Shown here: piece by piece, positions 36,201-46,072 of the stretch
Layout: every line of letters begins with the position of its first letter
Position numbering within the stretch: position 1 is the first letter of the stretch
NCBI GenBank assembly: GCA_963739085.1
Contig: CAVTZA010000004.1
Location: 29,042 to 93,041 of the forward strand
DNA from: an uncultured Actinomycetes bacterium
GTDB taxonomy: Bacteria; Actinomycetota; Thermoleophilia; Gaiellales; Gaiellaceae
Direction of reading: 5' to 3'
Length of the DNA stretch: 64,000 bases
Notes under the pieces: generated by a model
What the model was told of the DNA's origin: nothing
The model's input: only the letters and a program-made list of their open reading frames with translations
Database searches by the model: none
Translations under genes and position numbers: made by a program

Positions 36201-37581
36201 CGAAGAGCGGCCGCGCCCGGCCGGCGAGCGGAGGCAGTGCGGTGTCGTCGCCCATGGACGAGGTCGGCTCGTGCGCAGAGGAGGCCGCGGGGCGCAGCAG
36301 TAGCGAAATGTCCTCGCGCGTGAGCCCGGCGACGATCTGGCGGCGCAGGAGGTCCTCGGCGGGGGGCTCCACAGGCACGCCCGTGGAGAGGGGCTCGACG
36401 TTCCCGAGCCAGCGGCGGTACGGCCGTCGACGCGCGAGCCGCCGCTTGATCGCCTCGCTCTCCTCGAGACCGAAGCCCCGCGGGTCGACCGCGACCATCT
36501 GCCCTGGGCCGAGCCGTCCGCGCCGAACCCGCGAGCCGGCCGGCAAGGGGACGGCGCCCGCCTCCGAGGCGCAGGCCACGAGCCCGTCGTCGGTCACGGC
36601 GTAGCGCAGCGGCCGCAGCCCGTTGCGGTCGAGGGCGGCTCCGACGACGCGGCCGTCCGTGAACACGATTGCCGCCGGGCCGTCCCAGGGCTCCATGAGC
36701 GTGGAGTGGTAGCGATAGAAGTTGCGGACGGCGGCATCGCGCGTCGCGTCGGCTTCCCAGGCTTCAGGCAGGAGCATCGCCGTCGCGTGACGCACGTCGC
36801 GGCCGCCGCGTACGAGCTGCTCGAGCGCGTTGTCCAGGAGCGCCGAGTCCGAGCCACCCGGCTCGAGCGCCCGCAGCCCGCGTGCTCGCAGCCAGTTGAC
36901 GTTGCCGTCGATCGTGTTGATCTCGCCGTTGTGACAGAGCAGGCGGAACGGCTGGGCGCGCTCCCACGACGGCTCGGTGTTGGTCGAGAAGCGCTGGTGG
37001 AAGATCGCGAACGGGACGGCGAGGGTTTCGTCATGGAGATCCGGGTAGAACGCCGCGAGCTGCCCGGCCGCGCAGAGCGCCTTGTAGGTGACGGTGCGGA
37101 ACGACAGTGAGCAGACGTAGACGCCGGCGTCGCCGACGAGCCGCTTCCGCGCTCTGAACGCGCGCTGCTCGGCGTCTTCCGCGTCGGCGCCGTAGGGTCG
37201 TTGCACGACGAGCTGCTCGATCGCGGGAACGCTCGCCGCGGCCGACTCCCCGAGCGCGCGCGGGTCGATCGGAACGGGCCGCCAGCCGACGATCCCGAGG
37301 CCCTCGGCGGCGCACGCCTCCTCGACGCGGCGGCGCGCGCCGTCCTCGCGCAGGAAGACCATCGCCAGTCCGCACCACGGCCCCGGAACGAGCGTCGGGG
37401 CGAGCGGAAGCAGGACCCCGGCGCCGTCCCCGGTCAAGCCGTCGGCTGCGATCGCGCCACGGTGACCGACGCGCCGCAGCCCCTCGAGTGCGGCGTCGAG
37501 GATCGCCCGCGACGCGCGGCCGCGAAGATCGGCGACGAAGCCGATGCCACAGGAGTCGCGTTCGTCGAGCGCGCGGTACAG
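33298..37581 (-). CDS. gltB: glutamate synthase large subunit (start non-canonical, CTG proposed)
   Basis: Ntn-amidotransferase Cys (DERDSCGIGFVAD) lies at 37549-37551, upstream of the first canonical start (TTG 37437). FMN and Fe-S regions and the C-terminal GXGXG beta-helix domain are present. Confidence 0.85.
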   Translation of the reverse strand: MYRALDERDSCGIGFVADLRGRASRAILDAALEGLRRVGHRGAIAADGLTGDGAGVLLPLAPTLVPGPWCGLAMVFLREDGARRRVEEACAAEGLGIVGWRPVPIDPRALGESAAASVPAIEQLVVQRPYGADAEDAEQRAFRARKRLVGDAGVYVCSLSFRTVTYKALCAAGQLAAFYPDLHDETLAVPFAIFHQRFSTNTEPSWERAQPFRLLCHNGEINTIDGNVNWLRARGLRALEPGGSDSALLDNALEQLVRGGRDVRHATAMLLPEAWEADATRDAAVRNFYRYHSTLMEPWDGPAAIVFTDGRVVGAALDRNGLRPLRYAVTDDGLVACASEAGAVPLPAGSRVRRGRLGPGQMVAVDPRGFGLEESEAIKRRLARRRPYRRWLGNVEPLSTGVPVEPPAEDLLRRQIVAGLTREDISLLLRPAASSAHEPTSSMGDDTALPPLAGRARPLFGYFRQRFAQVTNPAIDHLRERSVMSLRTLLGQRAGLLDEGRAPRLRELESFFLFPSALDELAPLRLVATFEADQGLPAACERLRAEAQQAVRRGAALLLLTDEGPGTPVPALLAVAAVHGGLVEAGVRTRVSLLVASDEPRESHHFACLLGYGADAVCPRLALQTLAALAAADKIGGDHPSPAAAQLRFRRAVEDGVLKVMSKMGISDVAAYRGAQLFDTLGLDQELVDAYFGRTPVPVGGIGVAVLERECLERSAAASGQGAKLENPGYVKFRKGGEPHATNPDVVAALQETAAAHALRRAVNGGGSGHYERFAALVNGRDAMELRDLLELAPGANAVPLEQVEPAAAIVTRFSSGGMSHGSLSAEAHEAIAAAFNRLGARSNCGEGGESPERFRTPRNSRIKQIASARFGVTPEYAAFAEELQIKIAQGSKPGEGGQLPGHKVTAEIAALRHTQAGVELISPPPHHDIYSIEDLAQLVFDLKQVSADARVSVKLVAETGVGLVAAGVAKALADVVHVAGSDGGTGASPLSSIKNAGLPWEIGLAETQQALTASGLRGRVRLRVDGGLKTGRDVLVAALLGADEFSFGTALLIAEGCLMVRSCHLDTCPVGIATQRTELRSKFAATPEMIEAYLLYVAEEVREGLASLGLRSLDEAVGRADLLRCKDVGPSRSSLLHVEPLLRAGGRYTGEPPLEPEGGELGELLAADAAPALTEARLVDLEYPIANRDRAVGARLGGRIGHAFGVHAPPGRVRVRFEGAAGQSFGAFLAAGVKITLVGEANDGVGKSMGGGRIAIAPPADDLGDPVLIGNAALYGATGGELFCAGRAGERFAVRNSGATAVVEGVGDHACEYMTGGTVVILGPVGLNLGAGMSGGVVYVHDRELRLPPRLNAQLVTAERVDGLGPDELRFLLERHARYTGSQRAAELLADWENEAGWFWGVTPRPPAEGAERAESAPETQAIASS

Positions 37582-37773
37582 CCCAAGCCCCTTCCCGAAA
37601 AGAAATGGATCCCGCCTACTGCGATTGACCTAGCCGGCGGGGGCGGGAAGCGGAGCGCCGGCTAGCGCGTAAGGACGCGCGTCGCGACGACGTGGGAAAA
37701 GAGGAAGATGGTCGTCGCGGAGCGCATCGAGCCCGTCACGTTAGAGCACAGGCCGGACCGACACAAGGCCTTC

Positions 37774-39457
37774 TCAGCGACCGACCGCGTATCCCTGCAT
37801 CCCGCGCGGGTTCGCGGCGGCCTTCAACGAGCCGTCCGGCTCGCGGCCGGCGGCGCTCACGCGGCCGAGCGACCACGGGTCGGTGACGGTGACCTCGTGG
37901 CCGCGACGGCGCAGGTCGTCGACGGTGGCGGCGTCGAACCGCGACTCCAACGCCAGCGACCGAGGCTCCGCCTGGCGCGGGTAGAAGGAGCTAGGGAAGT
38001 GGTCGGTGTGGAACTCGGGCGCGTCGATTGCCGCCTGGAGGTCGAGGCTGAAGTGGACGTGCGCGAGGAAGGCGTGCAGCGACCACTGATCCTGCTGGTC
38101 CCCACCAGGAGTGCCAAACGCGAGGTAGGGCTCGCCGCCGCGGAGGGCGAGCGAGGGCGAGAGCGTCGTCCGCGGACGCTTGCGCGGCTCGAGCGAGGAG
38201 GGTAGGCCGGGCTCGAGCCAGAACATCTGGGCGCGCGTTCCGAGCGGCCAGCCGAGCTCGCGGATCACGGGCGAGCTCTGCAGCCAGCCCCCACTCGGCG
38301 TCGCGGACACGAGGTTGCCGTGCCGGTCGGCGACGTCGAGGTGGACGGTGTCGCCGCGCGTCGGCTCGCCGGCTCCCACGGTCGCCGCCGCCTCGACGAG
38401 TCGCGGCAGGCGACCGCCGCCGGGCCTGAGCTCGTCCGAGGCCTCGTCCGTGACCAGCGCGCGCCGCTCGTCGTTGTACGCAGCCGAGAGGAGCCGGTCG
38501 AGCGGCACGTCCACGAAGTCGGGGTCGCCGTAGAACGCCTCGCGGTCGGCGAACGCGAGCTTCGTGCACTCGACGACCGTGTGGACGTACTCCGCCTGGC
38601 TCATCGCTGCGAGGTCGAACCCGGCCAGGAGCGCGAGCTGCTGGAGCAGGACGGGGCCCTGGCCCCACGGGCCGGTCTTGCAGACCGTGTAGCCGTGGTA
38701 GTCGAAGGTCGTCGCCGGCTCGATCGTGGCCTCCCAGGAGGCGAGGTCGTCCCCGGTGAGCAGGCCGCCCTGCTCGGCGGAGAACCGGTCGATCGCCTCG
38801 GCGACGAAGCCGCGGGAGAACGCCTCGCGTGCGCGGTCGATCCGCGCCTCGCGGCTGCCGCTGCCCAGCCTCGTCGAGGATCCGACGGTACGCAGCGGCG
38901 AGCGCCGGGTTGCGGAAGAGCGTCCCGGGACGCGGTGCGGGGAGGTAGAGCTCGGCCGAGGCAGGCCACGTGCGCAGCAGCCCGGCCGTCCGCTCGATCG
39001 TCAGCGTGATGCCCGGCACCACCGGGTAGCCGTGCTCGGCGTACCCGATCGCGTGCTCGAGGACGTCCTCCGGCCCGAGCGTCCCGAACTCACGCAGCAG
39101 GAGCATCCAGCCGTCGAAGGCGCCCGGCACGCACGCCGCCAGGAGGCCGGTGCCCGGGACGAGCTCGTGGCCGAGCTCCTGGAAACGCTCGATCGTGGCG
39201 GCCGCCGGCGCCGTCCCCTGGGCGCAGAGGACGAGCGGCTCGTCGCGGTCGGCGCTCCAGAAGACGGCCGGGAGGTCGCCGCCCGGGCCGTTGAGGTGCG
39301 GCTCGACGACCTGGAGCGTGAGACCGGTGGCGACGGCGGCGTCGAACGCGTTCCCGCCGCGTTCGAGCACTGCCATGCCCGCGGCCGAGGCGAGCCAGTG
39401 GGTGGACGCGACCATCCCGAAGGTGCCGCGCAGCTCTGGGCGAGTGGTGAAGGTCAG
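37774..39457 (-). pseudogene. ggt: gamma-glutamyltranspeptidase family protein, frame broken by 1-nt insertion near 38864-38866 (or sequencing error)
   Basis: The N-terminal part (GMVASTHWLASAAGMAVLERGGNAFDAAVA...) and the remainder (GSGSREARIDRAREAF...TVHLDVADRHGN...GTPGGDQQ) are in adjacent frames. A proposed CTG start overlaps the upstream TGA. Confidence 0.8.
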
Positions 39458-40508
39458 AGCTCGCCCGCTCCCGCGAGCTCGGCAGGCGCGGCGGCGAGGC
39501 GGGGTGCCTCGCGGCCGCGCTGGACCAGGTGACAGGCGACGAGGTGCCCCTGCCCGTCGACGTCCACGAGCGCCGGCTCCTCCTCCGTCGACCGGGGCGC
39601 GGACTCCTTCTCCAGCGGGCACCGCGTCCGGAAGCGGCACCCCGACGGCGGCGCGATCGGGCTCGGGATGTCGCCCTCCAGCACGACGCGCTTCCGTGTC
39701 CGCTGGACGACCGGGTCGGGCACGAGCGCCGCCGAGAGCAGAGCCTGCGTGTAGGGGTGCTGCGGCCGCGCGAACAGCTCGTCGCGGGCGGCGAGCTCGA
39801 CGATCTTGCCGAGGTACATCACGGCGACGCGGTCGCAGAGGAACTCGACGGTGGCGAGGTCGTGGCTGATGAACAGGCACGAGAAGCCGAACTCGCGCTG
39901 CAGGTCGCGGAGCAGGTTGAGCACCGACGCCTGCACCGAGACGTCGAGCGCCGAGACCGGCTCGTCCGCGATCAGGAGGCTGGGCGAGACGCTCAGCGCC
40001 CGCGCGAGACCCACTCGCTGGCGCTGGCCGCCGGAGAGCTCGTGCGGGTAGCGATGGCGGAGCTCCTGCCGCAAACCGACCGAGTCGAAGAGCTCGCTGA
40101 CACGCTGGTCGAGCTGGCGTCGCTTCGCCAGCCGGTGCAGGCGAAGCGGCTCGCCGACGATCTGGCCGCACGTCATGCGCGGGTTGAGCGAGGAGTACGG
40201 ATCCTGGAAGACGATGTGCATCTGGCGCCGGTACGGCCTCAGCGCGCGGCGCGAGAGGTGCGTGATGTCGTCGCCGCCGAGCCGGATCGTCCCGTCGGTC
40301 GGCTCGAGCAGCCGGTTGATGCAGTAGCCGACGGTCGTCTTGCCGCTCCCCGACTCGCCGACGAGGCCGAGCACCTCGCCCGGGGCGAGCGAGAACGAGA
40401 CGCCGTCGACCGCGTACACGACCGTGCCGCCGCTCGTGATGCCCCGCCCGAGCGGGAAGTGCTTCACGAGCGAATCGACCTCGAGCACCGGTGGACGCGC
40501 GGCGACGC

Positions 40509-40512
<4 letters not shown>
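39454..40512 (-). CDS. peptide ABC transporter ATP-binding protein (DppF/OppF type)
   Basis: Walker A GESGSGKTT, signature LSGGQRQRV, Walker B LLIADEPVSALD, and the C-terminal oligopeptide-ABC extension (PSGCRFRTRCP). Confidence 0.9.
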
Positions 40513-41477
<965 letters not shown>

Positions 41478-41486
<9 letters not shown>

Positions 41487-41639
41487 GATGGAGCCTCGTC
41501 GTCGGGGTGCGATGGGCGGTGCGTGGCAAGGACGCAGGGAGTCTCCGTGTATCTGGGACGCGTAGCGTGGGGGCGACCGAGGACGCCGCCACGCGCCGTC
41601 CAGCGCGGCCCGACGGCACAGAGCTTCATTCTGAAGCCA
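41478..41639. repeat. long-hairpin repeat family A, copy A2 (with terminal inverted repeats), inside the dpp operon
   Basis: The core matches A1. The outer arms TGGTTTCAGGATGGAGC (41478-41494) and GCTTCATTCTGAAGCCA (41623-41639) are complementary at 14 of 17 positions, and all three mismatches would be G-U on the + strand. Confidence 0.85.
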
Positions 41640-41648
41640 GCTCCCTGC

Positions 41649-42524
41649 TCAACGCTCGGTCTTGGGGTCGAACACGTCGCGCAGACCGTCGCCGAGCAGG
41701 TTGAACGCCAGCGCGGCAATGACGATCGCGATGCCGGGGTAGACGGCAAGCTGCGGCGCCTGGCTCAGGTACGGCTGGGCGGCGTTCAGCATCACGCCCC
41801 ACGACGGCGTCGGCGGCTGGACGCCCAGGCCGAGGAAGGAGAGCACCGCCTCGCCGATGATCGCAGCAGGGATCAAGAGCGTGGCCTGCACGAGCAGGGT
41901 GCTCCCCATGTTCGGGAGGATGTGGCGGCCCAGGATGACGGCGTCGTTGGCGCCGTTCGCGACCGCCGCTCGCACGTAGTCCTCCTCCCTCAGCTCGAGC
42001 GCCTCGCCGCGCGAGATCCGAACGAGCCCCGGCACAGCCGCGATCCCGAGCGCGAGCGTCGCGTTGAGCAGCGACGGCCCCAGGATCGCCGCGAGGCCGA
42101 CCGCGAGGATCAGGAACGGGAAGGCGAGCAGCACGTCCGTGAGGCGCGCGATCACCGTGTCGAGCTTGCCGCGGTAGTAGCCGGCGACGAGGCCGATCGG
42201 CACGGCGATGACCATCGCGATGAGGGTGGCGAAGAAGCCCGCCTGGATCGAGGCGCGTGCACCCCAGATCACCCGGGAGAGCGTGTCGCGGCCGAGCTCG
42301 TCGGTGCCGAGCAGGTGCTCGCGCGAGGGGCTCGCGAGGATGGCGTTGAAGTCGGTTGCGTCCGGCGAGTGCGGCGCCACCCAGCGCGCGAAGACCGCCG
42401 CGAGCACGAACGTGACGACGACCGCCAGCGACAGGACCGCGGCCGGCCGCCGGAGGAAACGCCGCCGCAGGATACGACGACGTCTCGCCCGCGGACTGAG
42501 CGGCTGTGCCTCGACGTAGCTCAT
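41649..42524 (-). CDS. peptide ABC transporter permease (DppC/OppC type)
   Basis: 291 aa. Motifs LLGTDELGRD and the EAA-loop region. ATGA overlap with the upstream permease. Confidence 0.9.
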   Translation of the reverse strand: MSYVEAQPLSPRARRRRILRRRFLRRPAAVLSLAVVVTFVLAAVFARWVAPHSPDATDFNAILASPSREHLLGTDELGRDTLSRVIWGARASIQAGFFATLIAMVIAVPIGLVAGYYRGKLDTVIARLTDVLLAFPFLILAVGLAAILGPSLLNATLALGIAAVPGLVRISRGEALELREEDYVRAAVANGANDAVILGRHILPNMGSTLLVQATLLIPAAIIGEAVLSFLGLGVQPPTPSWGVMLNAAQPYLSQAPQLAVYPGIAIVIAALAFNLLGDGLRDVFDPKTER

Positions 42525-43474
42525 GTCTTGGTTCCGGCGACGCGGATGCGCGGGTTGATCAGCGAGTACGACAGGTCGACGAGCAGGTTGACGACGACGT
42601 AGCCCACCGCGGCCACGAGGACGACGCCCTGGAGCAACGCGTAATCGCGCTGCGCGATCGAGTCGACGGTGAGCCGACCGAAGCCCGCTATGCCGAAGAT
42701 CTGCTCGGTGATCACCGCCCCCGAGATCAGGGCGCCAAGCTGGAGACCGATCACGGTCATCACGGTGATCAGGCTGTTGCGGAGCGCGTGCTTGCCGACG
42801 ACGGAGCGCTCGCTCAGGCCCTTGGCGCGGGCGGTCCGCACGTAGTCGGCGCCGAGCGACGTCAGCATCGCCGAGCGCATCTGCCGCATGAGCACCGCCG
42901 AAAGCCCCGTGCCGAGCACGATCGCCGGCATCAGCATGTGCTGGAGGTTGCCGATGGGGTCCTCGCGGAACGGGACGTAGCCGCCGGCCGGGAGCCAGTC
43001 CAGGTTGACGGCGAACACGATGATCATCAGCAGCCCGAGCCAGAAGTGCGGGACGGACAGGCCGAAAAGCGCTGCCGTCGTGGCCGCGTAGTCCGAGGGC
43101 TTCCCGCGCCGCACGGCGGCGATCACCCCCGCGGGGATGCCGATCAGGACTCCGATCAGGAGCGCGAGGAAGGCAAGCTCGAGCGTCATCGGCAGTTTGT
43201 TGACGATCGTGTCGCTTACCGGGATGCCGCGGCTGTCGGTGCCGAGATCGCCCTGGACGGCAAGGCCCGCCCACTTCACGTACTGAACCGGCAGAGGGTC
43301 GTTGAGGCCGTACTTCTCGCGAATCGCCCCCAGCACCTTCGGGTCGCGGTTCTCCGCGGCGAAGGCGAGGGCGGGGTCACCCGGCAGTGCGCGAACGCCG
43401 CCGAAGACGACGATGCTCGCCAGGAAGACGACGATCAGGGCGGCTCCGGCCTTGCGCAGGATGAAGACGCCCAT
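42521..43474 (-). CDS. peptide ABC transporter permease (DppB/OppB type)
   Basis: 317 aa. N-terminus MGVFILRKAGAALIVVFLASIVVF, and the EAA region YVRTARAKGLSE. Confidence 0.9.
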   Translation of the reverse strand: MGVFILRKAGAALIVVFLASIVVFGGVRALPGDPALAFAAENRDPKVLGAIREKYGLNDPLPVQYVKWAGLAVQGDLGTDSRGIPVSDTIVNKLPMTLELAFLALLIGVLIGIPAGVIAAVRRGKPSDYAATTAALFGLSVPHFWLGLLMIIVFAVNLDWLPAGGYVPFREDPIGNLQHMLMPAIVLGTGLSAVLMRQMRSAMLTSLGADYVRTARAKGLSERSVVGKHALRNSLITVMTVIGLQLGALISGAVITEQIFGIAGFGRLTVDSIAQRDYALLQGVVLVAAVGYVVVNLLVDLSYSLINPRIRVAGTKT

Positions 43475-43499
43475 GATCGCCGTTTCTTCCTAGCTCAGA

Positions 43500-45098
43500 T
43501 CACGTCTTTTCGGCGTAGTAGGCCCGGATCAGGCCGTCGCCGAAGGTCTGTACGCCTTTCACGTTCTTGGTCACACCATGACGGTTGACCGGATGCCAGA
43601 GGACGATGATCGGCAGCTGCGCGCGCAGGATCTTGTACACGCTGCTGTAGAGCTTCTTCCTCGCGCCGAGGGACGTCGCCTTGCGGGCGTTGTCCAGCAG
43701 CAGGTCCATTCGCGGCGTGCTCCAGCCGAGGTTGTTGAGCGAGCCCTTCGAATCGACGAACTGGTAGATGTTGCCGTCGGGGTCGACCCGGCCGGACCAG
43801 CCGACTGCGAATGCGTCGTACTGGCCGCGGTCCTGGCGTGCGAGTGCCGTGACGAACTCCGTCGGCTGCAGCTCGACCCTGAAGCCCGCCTCACCGGCCA
43901 TCGACTGGATCACCTGTCCGAGCCGGGCTTGAACCACGTCGGTTCCGATCATCAGCTTCACCGCGACCGGAGGGTTGGCCCCCGCCTTGCGCAGCAGCTC
44001 GCGCGCCTTGGCGACGTTGCGGCCCGGGCACTTGATCCTCGCGTCGTAGTACGGGCTCGCCTTCGGCACCGGCAGACAGCCCGGGACGACCGTCCCGCCG
44101 AACACCACGCGGTTGATCACGTTGCGGTCGAGCGAGAGCTCGAAGGCCTGGCGGATGAACTGCTTCGAGAGTGGCGTACCGACGCTGGAGAACGGCTTGC
44201 CGATCCCGTTCTTGTTCCCGACGTTGATCGAGATGCCCTGATAGCCGATCGACGTCGACTTGATCACGCGGAGAGTCTTGTCGCGCTGGATCGCGGGCAG
44301 GTCGGTCGACGCGATCCGGTCGAGCACGTCGATGTCGTGCGAGCGCAGGTTCGCGGCCCGCGCGCCCGTGTCCGTGATCGTCCGGAGGACGATCTGGTTG
44401 AGCTTGACCTTGTTCTTCGCGTAGTAGAACGGCGACTTCTCGAGCACGATCCGGTCGCCCGCCGTCCTCGACACGAAGCGGAAGGCTCCGACGCACACCG
44501 GGTTCGACGCGAAGCGGTCGCCCAGCGCATCGAGCTGCTTCGGCGACATGATCATCCCCGCCCGGTCCGCGAGCTGGGCCGTCAGGGGCGAGTAGCGCGC
44601 ATTCAGGACGAGCCGCACCGCGTACGGGCCTGCGACCACGACCGAGGTGACGGGCGAGATCTCGCTGGCCCTGGCCGAGCGTGGGAGCGTGCGGTGACGG
44701 TCGAGCGAGATCTTCACCGCCTGCGCATTGAAGGGAGTCCCGTCGTTGAAGCGCACGCCACGCCGGAGCTTGATCGTCATCGTCTTCTTGTCCGGCGACA
44801 GCGTCGGCATCGCTGCCGCAAGCTGCGGGACGATCTGGAGCTTCGCGTTCAGGTCGTACAGCTTCTCGCACATGTGCAGGAAGACCATCCGGCCGACGAA
44901 GGTCCGCGCCAGCGTCGGGTCGAGCGCGTCCGGATCCTCGGCCAGCGCGATCGTGAGCGTGCCGCCGGCCTTGCTTTTTGCGGTCACCTTGCCGCCGGCG
45001 GACACCGAGCCGGCTGCTCCGGAGGCGAGCAGCCCGGTAGCCGCCAGCACGAGCACGGTGCCGACCACCCTCGGCACTCGTGAGCGAATCATGTTCAT
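43500..45098 (-). CDS. peptide ABC transporter substrate-binding protein (family 5)
   Basis: 532 aa with a signal peptide (VVGTVLVLAATGLLASGAAG). Family-5 SBP features are present (LDPT..., WHPV...). Confidence 0.85.
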   Translation of the reverse strand: MNMIRSRVPRVVGTVLVLAATGLLASGAAGSVSAGGKVTAKSKAGGTLTIALAEDPDALDPTLARTFVGRMVFLHMCEKLYDLNAKLQIVPQLAAAMPTLSPDKKTMTIKLRRGVRFNDGTPFNAQAVKISLDRHRTLPRSARASEISPVTSVVVAGPYAVRLVLNARYSPLTAQLADRAGMIMSPKQLDALGDRFASNPVCVGAFRFVSRTAGDRIVLEKSPFYYAKNKVKLNQIVLRTITDTGARAANLRSHDIDVLDRIASTDLPAIQRDKTLRVIKSTSIGYQGISINVGNKNGIGKPFSSVGTPLSKQFIRQAFELSLDRNVINRVVFGGTVVPGCLPVPKASPYYDARIKCPGRNVAKARELLRKAGANPPVAVKLMIGTDVVQARLGQVIQSMAGEAGFRVELQPTEFVTALARQDRGQYDAFAVGWSGRVDPDGNIYQFVDSKGSLNNLGWSTPRMDLLLDNARKATSLGARKKLYSSVYKILRAQLPIIVLWHPVNRHGVTKNVKGVQTFGDGLIRAYYAEKT

Positions 45099-45231
45099 CT
45101 CCCCCTCCTATCCATGCCAGGGAGGCCTGGCGAAAGTGGGCGCGCCCGTGGGCTCTCGGGGCGGCGCGCACTCTAGCATTTTGGATCCAGTCGCGAGTCA
45201 ATTGGATACAACCCTTGCTAAGGTGCGTCTC

Positions 45232-45683
45232 GTGTCGGATGAGCGACGCGATGGAGAGCTCGCGGTCGCGCCGCGTCCCCCCGCGCGACCCCCGCCGGCG
45301 GTAGCCCCGGCCACGGCGCAACCTCGCAAACGCCTGCAGCTCGGGGCGATCGGTCTCTCCGGCGGCTTCCTCTCCGGCCTGCTCGGGGTCGGCGGCGGCG
45401 TGATCATGGTGCCGCTGCTCGTGCTCTGGGCCCGCTACAGCCAGCGCGACGCCCACGCGGCCTCGCTCGGCGCGATCGTCCCGATCAGCGCCGCCGGCGC
45501 GCTCACGTTCGGCGCGGCGGGCGAGGTACGGCTCGGCTACGCGATCGCGCTGGCCGTCGGCGCCGATTCTCGGCGCCCAGGTCGGAGCTCGAGCGCTCGC
45601 GCGGGCGCCGGGAGCGCACGCTCAAGCTCGCCTTCGGCGGCTTCCTCGTCCTCGTCGCGGTCGTGATGGCGGTGCAGGCTTGA
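45232..45683 (+). pseudogene. half-size TauE/SafE (DUF81) membrane protein, two 1-nt frame breaks (about 45565 and 45610-45612) or sequencing errors
   Basis: The sequence GGFLSGLLGVGGGVIMVPLL...AIALAVGA is followed by ILGAQVGARALARA in the next frame and then ERTLKLAFGGFLVLVAVVMAVQA* in the third frame. The start is uncertain. Confidence 0.65.
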
Positions 45684-46072
45684 GCTCGGTCGCCCTCCTG
45701 CTGCTGCTCCTTGCCGTGGGCGTCGCGTCGGGCATGCTCGCGGGGCTGCTCGGCGTCGGCGGTGGGGTGCTGCTCGTGCCGTTTCTCGTCCTCGCAGTCG
45801 GAATGTCACAGCATGAGGCGGAGGCGACCTCGCTCCTCGTCGTGCTCCCGACCGCCATCGTGGCGAGCGTGATCCTCCATCGCCGCGGAGTCGGCGACCT
45901 GCCTGCGGCACTCGGGATGGGCGTCGTCGGAGCGCTCGGCGGAACGGTGGGCGCACTCGTCGCCCTGTCGCTGCCGGGCGCCGTCCTGCGGACGGTCTTC
46001 GCCGTCTTCCTCGGGCTGATCGGGCTCCGGCTCGTGCGCGACGGCCTAACCGGCGTCGGAGTGCCCGAATGA
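45680..46072 (+). CDS. half-size TauE/SafE (DUF81) membrane protein
   Basis: A TTG start overlaps the upstream TGA. 130 aa with GMLAGLLGVGGGVLLVPFLV and four hydrophobic helices. Confidence 0.7.
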   Translation: MSSVALLLLLLAVGVASGMLAGLLGVGGGVLLVPFLVLAVGMSQHEAEATSLLVVLPTAIVASVILHRRGVGDLPAALGMGVVGALGGTVGALVALSLPGAVLRTVFAVFLGLIGLRLVRDGLTGVGVPE

